A DNA stretch of 25,095 nt, taken from assembly GCA_964403685.1 (NCBI GenBank), contig CAYOHG010000001.1:1-25095 (forward strand), written 5' to 3'. Positions within the stretch are counted from its first letter, which is position 1. Each line of letters starts with the position of its first letter. This document shows positions 8,144 to 16,275 of this stretch, one piece after another. The notes under the pieces are model-generated. The model was given only the letters and a program-made list of their open reading frames with translations. It had not been told where the DNA came from and ran no database searches. The stretch is from an uncultured Planctomycetales bacterium (GTDB taxonomy: Bacteria > Planctomycetota > Phycisphaerae > UBA1845 > Fen-1342). Both the position numbers and the translations under genes were made by a program.

Positions 8144-9385
8144 ATGGGTGAAACGCAAACCACATCACTTCGCGACCGCTGGTCGCCGATCGCGCTGCTG
8201 GTCACGTCCTTCGTCGGCAGCGCCGCGTTCGGCGAGATGTTCGTGGCACTGCCGTATTTCGCGCGCGCCCTGTCGTGTACGCCGGGGCAGGTCGGTTGGC
8301 TGGGGGGCGTGTACACCGTCTGTTACGCGGGCGCCACGCTGCTGGCGGGGCATTCGATGGACCGCTTCTCGCCTCGCACGCTGACGGTCATTTCATCCTT
8401 CGCCCTGCTGGCCTGCGCGGCACTCATGGGTTTTTCCGGCAGCGCTGCGCAACTGTTCGGCGTGGTCGCGCTCTATGGAGTTTGCACCGTCTGGATGTGG
8501 CCGCCACTAATGGGGTGGATTTCGCGCGGGCTGGAAGGGGCGGCGCTGAATCGGCGGCTGGGCTGGTTCAATGCGGCGTGGTCGAGCGGGTTGATCGTCG
8601 GGCCGCTGATGGGGGGGCTGCTCTACTCGCTCTGGCCGCCGGCGGCATTCCTGGCGGCGGCCGGCTGTCACCTCGCATGTGCCTGCATACTACTCTCGGC
8701 GATTGCACCCCACCGTGCGACGGCGCCAACCGCGGTGCTGCCGCGGACGGAGCAGCCCGCATCCGACGCGGGCGCGCAGATGATCCGCTTTCGGCGACTC
8801 GCTCGCATCGGGCTGTTCGCCGGCTATCTGGTAATCGGGCTGCTGCGGTACCAACTGCCGGGCGTCGCGCAATCGCTCGGGTTGGACGCCGCGCGCTATG
8901 CTCCCATCAGTACGACGCTCAGTGCAACCCAAGCGGTCGGATTCGCGCTGCTCGGCGCTACGCACGCCTGGCATTTCCGCCGCCCGTGGCTCTGGGCGAT
9001 GCAGGCTCTGCTGGGCGGAGTGCTGCTGGTGGTCGCGAGCACCCGAAGCGAGGCCGGGCTCTACCTGGTCTGCGCCCTGGCCGGCCTGGGCGTGAGTTTC
9101 CTGTATGCATCGCACCTGTACTACGGCGTTTCCGGCGGGAGCGATCGGGCGCGGCTGATGGCCATTCACGAGATTCTGCTTTCGGCCGGGTTTCTGACCG
9201 GGTCGGTCGGTGGCGGCGTGCTCTCCGACGCGGTTGGGTTGCGGGCGCCGTACTGGGTCGGAGCTGCGTTGCTCGGCGCGAGCATCGTGCTGTCAATGGT
9301 CGTGTCTGCGGAGCGCATTCGCTCGCGCGGTGGGGCTGACGGCGAGCGCGCCGCGTCGCTGGCTGCCGATCCGCCGCGGGCGTAA
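8144..9385 (+). CDS. MFS transporter
   Basis: 413 aa, about 12 hydrophobic segments in two halves, motif-A-like GHSMDRFSPR and C-terminal GGVLSDAVG. Confidence 0.85.
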   Translation: MGETQTTSLRDRWSPIALLVTSFVGSAAFGEMFVALPYFARALSCTPGQVGWLGGVYTVCYAGATLLAGHSMDRFSPRTLTVISSFALLACAALMGFSGSAAQLFGVVALYGVCTVWMWPPLMGWISRGLEGAALNRRLGWFNAAWSSGLIVGPLMGGLLYSLWPPAAFLAAAGCHLACACILLSAIAPHRATAPTAVLPRTEQPASDAGAQMIRFRRLARIGLFAGYLVIGLLRYQLPGVAQSLGLDAARYAPISTTLSATQAVGFALLGATHAWHFRRPWLWAMQALLGGVLLVVASTRSEAGLYLVCALAGLGVSFLYASHLYYGVSGGSDRARLMAIHEILLSAGFLTGSVGGGVLSDAVGLRAPYWVGAALLGASIVLSMVVSAERIRSRGGADGERAASLAADPPRA

Positions 9386-9421
9386 GCTGTCCCCGTGGCG
9401 GCGCTGTTGGGAGGTCGAGCC

Positions 9422-10432
9422 ATGCGGGCCATGCGGGCGGCGCAACAGTCCGCGATCGAAGGTGCGCCGCTCGTGTGGATGGAAACCGACGACCCGCAAC
9501 CGGCGCGCGGTGAAGTCCGCCTGAAAGTGCGCTGCTGCGCGATCTGCCGGACCGACCTGCATGTCATCGAGGGCGACCTGCCGGCGGCGCGCTGGCCGAT
9601 TATTCCCGGCCATCAGATCGTGGGCGAGATCGATCGGCTGGGGCCGGATTGCACCCGCCTGGCCCTGGGCGAACGGGTCGGCGTGGCCTGGCTGCGGGAA
9701 ACCTGCGGTCGCTGCGCGCACTGCCGCGCACGGCGCGAGAACCTCTGCGAAGCGGCCCGCTTCACGGGTTACCACGAGCACGGCGGTTACGCGGAGTACG
9801 CGGTCGTTCGCGAAGATTTCGCATATCGGCTGCCGGAGGCGCTGTCGGACATGCAGGCTGCGCCGTTGCTGTGCGCGGGGATCATCGGGTATCGCGCGTT
9901 GCAGCGCGCGGCGCTGCCGCCGAAAGGGCGCCTCGGCCTGTTCGGTTTCGGCTCGTCAGCACATGTTGTGCTGCAACTCGCGCGGGCGCGCCGCGCGGAG
10001 GTCTACGTCATCTCGCGCGGGGACCAGCACCGGCGGCTGGCGCTGGAGCTGGGGGCGCACTGGGCCGGCGCCGACCCTGGCGAGCTGCCGGAGCGGCTCG
10101 ACAGCGCGATCCTCTTCGCTCCGAACGGGACGCTGGTTCCCGGGGCGCTGGCAGCGCTGGACAAAGGCGGTACGCTGGCGCTGGCCGGCATTCACATGAG
10201 CGACGTGCCGCCGCTGACCTACGACCGGCACCTGTTCTACGAGAAAAACGTCTGCTCGGTTACGGCCAACACGCGCGCCGACGGCGAGAGCCTGCTGGCC
10301 GAAGCGCAAACCTGCGGTATCCGTGCGGCGGTTCAGCCGTACGCGCTGCGCGACGCGAACCGCGCGCTACAGGATCTGAAATCCGGCCGGCTCAACGGAA
10401 CGGGTGTGCTGGTGTGTGCTTCGGGCGTCTGA
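9422..10432 (+). CDS. Zinc-dependent alcohol dehydrogenase (MDR family)
   Basis: CAICRTDLH, IIPGHQIVG, structural Zn motif CGRCAHC..RENLC, PLLCAG, GLFGFGSSAH. GGAGGT RBS 6 nt before ATG 9422. Confidence 0.93.
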   Translation: MRAMRAAQQSAIEGAPLVWMETDDPQPARGEVRLKVRCCAICRTDLHVIEGDLPAARWPIIPGHQIVGEIDRLGPDCTRLALGERVGVAWLRETCGRCAHCRARRENLCEAARFTGYHEHGGYAEYAVVREDFAYRLPEALSDMQAAPLLCAGIIGYRALQRAALPPKGRLGLFGFGSSAHVVLQLARARRAEVYVISRGDQHRRLALELGAHWAGADPGELPERLDSAILFAPNGTLVPGALAALDKGGTLALAGIHMSDVPPLTYDRHLFYEKNVCSVTANTRADGESLLAEAQTCGIRAAVQPYALRDANRALQDLKSGRLNGTGVLVCASGV

Positions 10433-10487
10433 GCAAGCCGGAGCAAGTCTGGGGCACACCGTCCGCGCGCATCAACCGGCGACACAC

Positions 10488-10970
10488 TTATGAGCATCTT
10501 CCGAAGCGGCCCGGCTGATCCTGGCGCGCACGCAAGACGCGCTCGATGTCGGCCGCCTTGCTCCAATTTCCGGCCATTGTCTCCACCAGCCTCGCGGCGG
10601 AATCCTCGATCTTCCCGCCCACGCGGGCCGCCGAGAGAATCAGTTGCACATCCGCGCCGTCGTAGTCGTTTTCCGTAAGCGCCTTGACGATGCGTTCCTC
10701 CGGTGCGCGCGAGTCGTTGCCGATGGGCGTGTCCAGCGGCAGTCGACCGCCGGCGTCGAGCACCTGCGTGATTTCGGTGGCACTCATGCCGCGCTGAATC
10801 ATCAGCGACTTGAGCCGGTCCTGGTTTTCTCTCGCGGCGGCGTTCAATTCGGCGACACGCGTTGATTTGCGGTGATGCGCGAACACCAGCGCGAGGGCGA
10901 CGCACCCGGCTACGAGGAAGAACACAATGCCGACGACCATCGCCTCTTCGTCCATGCGGGCCAGCATCAT
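10488..10970 (-). CDS. Hypothetical single-TM protein with three internal 22-aa helical repeats
   Basis: GGAGG RBS upstream of ATG 10970. Hydrophobic segment at aa 11-31, then repeats of R-[LI]-x3-[LM]-x8-[ED]-[IV]-x2-[VI]-L-x-A. Confidence 0.8.
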   Translation of the reverse strand: MMLARMDEEAMVVGIVFFLVAGCVALALVFAHHRKSTRVAELNAAARENQDRLKSLMIQRGMSATEITQVLDAGGRLPLDTPIGNDSRAPEERIVKALTENDYDGADVQLILSAARVGGKIEDSAARLVETMAGNWSKAADIERVLRARQDQPGRFGRCS

Positions 10971-11157
10971 GATTCAACCTCCGCACTCGCGGGGATCATT
11001 GGCTTCGCCGCGGCGCGCGACCCGGACAACGGGCGAATGCTGCGCAAGAGCACCGCGGCTCACACTCGAATTCGCAACTTCGCGCTGATTATTACGGGCT
11101 TTGCGGTCGGCACCCGAGTTTTGCTGCGGCGAGGTGCGACCGGTGCTGCCCGGCGAT

Positions 11158-12537
11158 TCATAACACGCGCACCAGTAAAGTCTTAAGGTACTCTGACTCT
11201 GGGCACTCTGGCGCGATCGGATGATCCCCCCCGGCGCCGGATGACGCCACGATCTGCACGCGGCGGCCGGCCCGACGGGTGGCGTCGAGAACCGTCCGAG
11301 TGAAAGCATCGCGCGACACCAGCCCGCTGCAACTGCACGTCAACAGAAAGCCGCCGGGCTGCGTCACCGCGCAGGCCAGCCGATTCAGGTCGTGATACTT
11401 CCGCAGCGCGTCGTCGACGTCTTCACGCCCCAGAGCCAGCTTGGGGGGATCCAGCACGACGGCGGCGAAGCGCCGCTGGTTGGCGAGCATCTGGCGCACG
11501 TAGCTAAATGCATCGGAGTGAACGTACTGAACGCGAACCTGGTTCAGGTTGGCGTTCTCTTTGGCAACGTTGAGCGCCGCCTCGTCGAGGTCAACCCCGG
11601 TCACCTCGCGGGCCGGTCCGAGCACGCGGGCCGCCAGCCCGAACCCGCCCGTGTAGCAGCACAAATCCAGCACATTCGCATCGCGGCACAACGTTGCGAA
11701 CCGTCGGCGGTTCTCGCGCTGATCGCAGAAAAACCCGGTCTTGTGCCCACTGACGAGGTGCACCCGGTAGCGAATGCCGTGCTCGCGCACAATGACGGAT
11801 TCCGGCGGCGCGGCCTCGGCGGTCGTTTGCGCGGCGGGCTGATCGTCGGTGCGCGCTGCGGTTTCAGGCGTGGGCGATGGTGTTACGCTGAAGCTCTCGT
11901 GGCCGCGCTTCAGCAAGAATTTCTCCAGCGCCTGCACGCGTTCGTCGGCCCGCAGGATGACTTGCCAGGCCGGGCCCGCCGCCTGCGGTCGATCCAGACT
12001 GGCGGGCGCGCCCAGCAGGTTCGCCAGCCACGTCGCGATCTGCCGCGCCCGCTGGTACATGCCCCGCGAGAAAAGCTCGAAGACCAGGACGTCGGCATAG
12101 CGCTCGACGATCAGGCCGCTGAGTCCGTCACCTTCGGCGTGCACCAGCCGCTGTGCGTCGGTGCATTCATCGAGTCGCAGGCCGCGGCGCAGCGCCAGCG
12201 CCGCCGCCAGCCGCTCGCGCCAAAACGCGTCGTCGACCGCTGTGCCGCCGAATGCAAGCATCCGCACGGCGATCTGCGAATCCGGGTTGAACAAACCGCG
12301 GCCGAAGAGTCGGCCGGCCCGGTCGTAGACCTGCACCACCTCGCCCGGCCGGGCGCGCGGGTCGATGCTCTCCACCATCTTGCGGTAGATAAAGGGGTGA
12401 TAGCGCGCCGAGCGCAGCCGGACCCAGGGTGAGAGCATGGGGCCGATGGTCGCGTCCTGCCTCGGCGGCGCTGTGGCACCCGACGTTTCCGAATCGGGCG
12501 GCGGCATCCGCTGTGAATCGGGTTCCCGTCTGCGCAT
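11158..12537 (-). CDS. rlmI: Class I SAM-dependent rRNA methyltransferase, RlmI (23S m5C1962)-like
   Basis: PUA-like N-terminus (HPFIY...GEVV), RLVHAEGDGLSGLIVERY, GHKTGFFCDQRENR, VLDLCCYTGGF, VVLDPP, LLTCSCS, DHP..EYLK. Start may be 12507 or 12438. Confidence 0.88.
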   Translation of the reverse strand: MRRREPDSQRMPPPDSETSGATAPPRQDATIGPMLSPWVRLRSARYHPFIYRKMVESIDPRARPGEVVQVYDRAGRLFGRGLFNPDSQIAVRMLAFGGTAVDDAFWRERLAAALALRRGLRLDECTDAQRLVHAEGDGLSGLIVERYADVLVFELFSRGMYQRARQIATWLANLLGAPASLDRPQAAGPAWQVILRADERVQALEKFLLKRGHESFSVTPSPTPETAARTDDQPAAQTTAEAAPPESVIVREHGIRYRVHLVSGHKTGFFCDQRENRRRFATLCRDANVLDLCCYTGGFGLAARVLGPAREVTGVDLDEAALNVAKENANLNQVRVQYVHSDAFSYVRQMLANQRRFAAVVLDPPKLALGREDVDDALRKYHDLNRLACAVTQPGGFLLTCSCSGLVSRDAFTRTVLDATRRAGRRVQIVASSGAGGDHPIAPECPESEYLKTLLVRVL

Positions 12538-12598
12538 GCGCGCATCTTCGCCGCGAGCGCGGCGCGTGCCTAGCGTAGCAACGCGCCGGCGGACGGAT

Positions 12599-12627
12599 TT
12601 CTCGCCGGGTCGACGGCCCGTTACGAT
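12599..12627 (+). promoter_or_regulatory. Possible sigma70 promoter for the DedA-HMG-CoA lyase-tatC run
   Basis: TTCTCG-N17-TACGAT ending 11 nt before ATG 12639, which would give a very short leader. Confidence 0.35.
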
Positions 12628-12638
12628 TCCCCGCCAGT

Positions 12639-13472
12639 ATGAGCCCTGACGAACTCAGCCGGGAACCGGCGCAGGCCGTCTCAGGCGCAGCGGGCGCCGG
12701 TGCGATCATGCAGCGCGCCGCGTTCGGGACGATCGCGCGGCGGCTGGGTCCGGTCGGCGTTCTGGCGCTGGTCAGCGTTACGTTTCCGCTGCTCGGCGCG
12801 CTGGCACTGCTGTGGCATCGCGACGGCATCGCCGTCTGGCTGACGCAGCATCCGGGCGCCGGCCTGTGGCTGTACGTAGGCGGGTTCATCGCTCTGGCCG
12901 GGCTGGCACTCGCGCCGACACACGTGCAGGCGCTGCTGGCAGGCTACGTGTTTCACCTTGCGACGGGAGTGCCGGCGGCGCTGGCCGGCTTCACCGGCGC
13001 GGCGCTGCTGGGCTACGTCGTCGCGCGGCTGGTTTCCGGGCAGCGGGCGGTGCGCATCATCGCCGAGCAGCCCAAATGGAAAGCGGTCTATGACGCTTTG
13101 CTGGGGGCTGGCTGGTGGCGGACAGTGGGCATCGTCACACTGCTGCGCGTTCCGCCCAATTCCCCCTTTGCCCTGACCAATCTCGTGCTGGCTGCGACGC
13201 GCGTTCCACCGCTGGCCTACGTGCTTGGAACCGCGGTCGGCATGGCCCCGCGCACGGTCATGGCGGTCTACCTCGGCTCGCAGCTCAAGAGTCTCAGCGA
13301 CGCCGGCAAGCCGGCCTGGTTCTTCTGGGTCGGCGTCGTCCTGACCCTGCTGGTCCTCGCCGTGCTCGGGCACATCATCAGCCGAGCGCTGGAAGGCGTT
13401 CGCCGATCCGCGCTGGCGGCCGGAGCCAACGGCCCGGCAGCCCACGAGAGTCCTGGCCGGACGCCCGAATGA
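12639..13472 (+). CDS. TVP38/TMEM64 (DedA/VTT, SNARE-associated) family membrane protein
   Basis: Hydrophobic protein with GAALLGYVVAR and VTLLRVPP.SPFALTNLVLAAT....YVLGTAVGMAPRT, typical of DedA/VTT domains. Confidence 0.85.
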   Translation: MSPDELSREPAQAVSGAAGAGAIMQRAAFGTIARRLGPVGVLALVSVTFPLLGALALLWHRDGIAVWLTQHPGAGLWLYVGGFIALAGLALAPTHVQALLAGYVFHLATGVPAALAGFTGAALLGYVVARLVSGQRAVRIIAEQPKWKAVYDALLGAGWWRTVGIVTLLRVPPNSPFALTNLVLAATRVPPLAYVLGTAVGMAPRTVMAVYLGSQLKSLSDAGKPAWFFWVGVVLTLLVLAVLGHIISRALEGVRRSALAAGANGPAAHESPGRTPE

Positions 13473-13503
13473 CGCTCCTCACCCGCGCCGCTATTCTTTC
13501 GTC

Positions 13504-14415
13504 ATGAGCGACCGCGTTCGCGTCACCGATGTTGCCCCGCGTGACGGGCTTCAGAACGAGCCGCACACCATCCCCGCAGCCGACAAGGTGCGGCTGATCG
13601 AGCTGCTTTCGCGCAGCGGCGTGGATGAAATCGAAGTCACCAGCTTCGTCTCTCCCAAATGGATTCCGCAGCTTGCCGACGCCGCGGAGGTCGTGCAAGC
13701 CGCGGCGGGTTTCAAGCCGGCGGGACTGGTCTACAGCGTTCTGGTTCCAAACGAGAAGGGGATGCAGGCCGTCCTGGCGGCCAACGAGCGGGCCGGCCGG
13801 CGGTTGATCGATAAGGTCTCGGTCTTCACCGCCGCATCGGAGACTTTTTCGCGCCGCAATACCAACGCATCCATCGCCGAGACGCTGGAGCGCTTTGAGC
13901 CGGTCCTTCGCGAGGCGAACCGCCACGGGCTGGCCGCGCGCGCCTACGTCTCCTGCGCCATTGCCTGTCCGTTCGAGGGGCCGACCGAGCCGCGGGCCGT
14001 AGCGGACCTGGCGCAGCGGCTCGTCGCGCTGGGCGCCGATGAAATCGACGTCGCGGACACGATCGGCGCCGGAACGCCCGAATCCGTCGCCGGCATGCTG
14101 GACGCCTTGATCGCCGCAATGGGAGAAGCCTGTATATCGCGGCTGACGCTGCACCTGCACGATACGCTCGGACAGGCCGGCGCCTGCGCCGCCGCCGCGC
14201 TGCGGCTGGGGATTCGCTCGTTTGATGCGGCGGCGGGGGGACTGGGCGGCTGCCCGTATGCGTCCACGACCGGGCGGCGTGCACCCGGTAACCTCGCCAC
14301 CGAGCGGCTGCTGGAGGTCATTTGCGCAGCGGGATGGGCATGCGGGTTGAAGTCGGCGGCGTTAGCCGAAGCGGCCCGTTTCGCGCGCGGGCTGCGCGAG
14401 GCGCCGGCCGAATGA
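13504..14415 (+). CDS. Hydroxymethylglutaryl-CoA lyase family protein
   Basis: DVAPRDGLQNE, EVTSFVSPKWIPQLADA, AASETFSRRN, VADTIG, LHLHDT, GGLGGCPYA...GNLATE. Confidence 0.92.
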   Translation: MSDRVRVTDVAPRDGLQNEPHTIPAADKVRLIELLSRSGVDEIEVTSFVSPKWIPQLADAAEVVQAAAGFKPAGLVYSVLVPNEKGMQAVLAANERAGRRLIDKVSVFTAASETFSRRNTNASIAETLERFEPVLREANRHGLAARAYVSCAIACPFEGPTEPRAVADLAQRLVALGADEIDVADTIGAGTPESVAGMLDALIAAMGEACISRLTLHLHDTLGQAGACAAAALRLGIRSFDAAAGGLGGCPYASTTGRRAPGNLATERLLEVICAAGWACGLKSAALAEAARFARGLREAPAE

Positions 14416-14461
14416 CAGCGCCGTGCTTCTGTTCGGTCGGAGACGCCGCAGGGAAGGTGAC

Positions 14462-15487
14462 ATGAATCCGCGTCGGCCCGCGACGACCCGTCATCCCGAT
14501 GAGTATCGCATGACGCTCGGCGAGCATCTGGACGAACTGCGCGGCTGCCTGGTGCGCAGCCTGCTGGCGCTGGTCGGGGGCTGCCTGCTGTGCGCCTGGC
14601 CGGCGAAGTACATCCTGTCGTGGACGGTTCAACCGCTGATGCTGGCGCTTCGCAACCACGGCCAGCCCGACAGCCTGCTGGCCACGTCTCCGACCGAGCC
14701 GTTCATCTGGTACATCAAGATCGTCGTTTTTCTGGGGCTGACGGTCGCGTCGCCGTATGTCGTCTTCCAGGTCTGGAGCTTCGTCGCCAAGGGCCTTTAC
14801 CGCGGCGAGCGGCGGCTTGTCTATAAGCTCGCCCCGGCCAGCGCGGGGCTCTTCATCTTCGGCGTCGTTTTCATGTACGTGTTCGTGCTGTTCCTGAGCC
14901 TGAACTTCCTGGTCGGTTTCGGGTCGTGGCTGCCGCTGCCGGATGCCCGGCCGACCGCGATCCAGAAGCTGCTGGGCGGGCTGACCGGCGAAGTCCCCAG
15001 CACGCAGCCGGGCAGCACGACGCAGCCGGCGGTGGCGATTCTGCGCGGCGATCCCGAATCGCCGCAGGCCGGTCAGGCGTGGATCAACCTGGACGAGCTC
15101 AAGCTGAAGGTGCGCGGCGGCGACGAGACCTACGCCGTTCATCTGCAACGCGACCAGCAACGTGGCATGGTGACGACGCACTTCCGCATCGGCTAATATC
15201 TCTCATTTGTCCTGATTCTGGCGGTCGGTTTCGGGCTGGCGTTTCAGGTGCCGCTGGTGGTGGTGTTCCTCGTGCGCAGCGGGATCATGAAACGCGAGAC
15301 GCTGGCCGGCTCACGAAAGGTCGTCATTCTCGCGATTGTCGTGCTGGCCGGCGGCCTGGCCCCGCCGGACCTGGTCAGCCATCTGATGCTGAGCGTGCCG
15401 ATGATCCTGCTGATCGAGCTGGGACTGTGGCTCACGCGCAACGTGAAAAAGCCGCTCAGGACTGGGAGCTCGTCTGGGCCGGCGTAG
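14462..15487 (+). pseudogene. tatC: Twin-arginine translocase subunit TatC, interrupted by an in-frame TAA at 15194-15196 (real nonsense allele or sequencing/assembly error)
   Basis: MTLGEHLDELR, TSPTEPF, SPYVVFQVWSFVAKGLYRGERR upstream of the stop. The same frame continues after it as YLSFVLILAVGFGLAFQVP...RKVVILAIVVLAGGLAPPDLVSHLMLSVPMILLIELG, the normal TatC C-terminal half. Confidence 0.88.
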
Positions 15488-15681
15488 CTTGCGGCAGCGG
15501 GGCCAGCGCGTCTGGATCGCGCCGCACCCGTGAGAGGCTGCGGGTGCCATGCCGACGGCTTTTGCGTTGGCATGCTCGCCCGGGCCGGCGTAGCTTGCGG
15601 CAGGGGGCCAAGCGCGGCTGGATCGCGCCGCAGCCGTGGGAGGCTGCGGGTGCCATGCCGACGGCTTTTGCGTCGGCATGC
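15476..15681. repeat. Two tandem copies of a 100-bp multi-hairpin REP-like unit (15476-15575, 15582-15681)
   Basis: Manual alignment gives 6 differences (4 substitutions, 2 one-base indels). Each copy carries GGGTGCCATGCCGACG-GCTTTTG-CGT[TC]GGCATGC with a 10-bp stem CATGCCGACG/CGTCGGCATG. Confidence 0.93.
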
Positions 15682-15718
15682 GTGGGTGCCGTGCGCTTTG
15701 AGCGACGGAGGACTAAAA

Positions 15719-15785
15719 CGGGCGGGACGCGCGGACCACCCTGGTGCGCGGGAATCAGCGGGCGGGACGCGCGGACCACCCTGGT
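15719..15785. repeat. Exact 27-bp direct repeat x2 (CGGGCGGGACGCGCGGACCACCCTGGT) separated by 13 bp
   Basis: Identical copies at 15719-15745 and 15759-15785. Confidence 0.93.
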
Positions 15786-15827
15786 TCACAGCCGAGGGCG
15801 GATGGGCTCCATACCGGTCGCGCGCGC

Positions 15828-16148
15828 CTAGAATTCCTCAATCTGCGCCAGCGCGTCATGCCAGTTCATGAAGCGAATGGCGCGGTCGTCGATCCACACG
15901 TGCGCGATCGGCTTTCCCATGTGGATCGCGTCGTAGGGCATGGCGTGCTGGTCCAGCCACGCCTTCGTCACGCGGAATTCGGCCCAGCCGCGGGCCGTAT
16001 AGATGATGATCGTGTGTCCGTCGGCTCGCAGCTTCTCAAGCGCCTCACGGGCGCCGGGCAGCGGTTCCGCCAGCGGGCGGTCGAAGGTGCGCTCCTCGGT
16101 GCAGATCACACCGTCCAGATCCACCATGATCGTCATCGGGTTGGCCAT
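15828..16148 (-). CDS. Small capless HAD-superfamily phosphatase (resembles the EcbF/BcbF capsule-biosynthesis phosphatase type)
   Basis: 106 aa: VDLDGVIC (motif I), YTAR (II), GKP (III), WIDDRA (IV). GGGAG RBS before ATG 16148. Confidence 0.85.
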   Translation of the reverse strand: MANPMTIMVDLDGVICTEERTFDRPLAEPLPGAREALEKLRADGHTIIIYTARGWAEFRVTKAWLDQHAMPYDAIHMGKPIAHVWIDDRAIRFMNWHDALAQIEEF

Positions 16149-16169
16149 CGGCGGCACGCTCCCTACAAT
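16141..16169 (+). promoter_or_regulatory. Probable sigma70 promoter for cmk-plsC
   Basis: TTGGCC-N17-TACAAT, overlapping the start codon and RBS of the divergent HAD gene. Confidence 0.5.
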
Positions 16170-16275
16170 GAACTTTCGAACGGCTCTTGCGGCGGACTCA
16201 CCCTTCTCGTGGGCATGCCGCCGGCGCCGCTTCGCAGGAAACCACTGCGCGGTCAGACCGCGAGGCGACGGCTGG

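Noticed and set aside
10971-11157. Upstream region of the repeat protein as an ECF-sigma promoter
   Set aside because: The AAAAC and CGTA elements are about 21 nt apart, too far for ECF spacing.
15194-15196. Recoding of the tatC stop as selenocysteine, pyrrolysine or an alternative genetic code
   Set aside because: The codon is TAA, not TGA or TAG, and TAA terminates other genes in the window.
12639-15487. DedA, HMG-CoA lyase and tatC as a functional module
   Set aside because: No plausible shared pathway; short same-strand gaps are more simply explained by genome compaction.
15719-15785. 27-bp exact direct repeat as a mini-CRISPR
   Set aside because: Only two copies with a 13-bp spacer, far below CRISPR spacer length; no cas genes or AT-rich leader.
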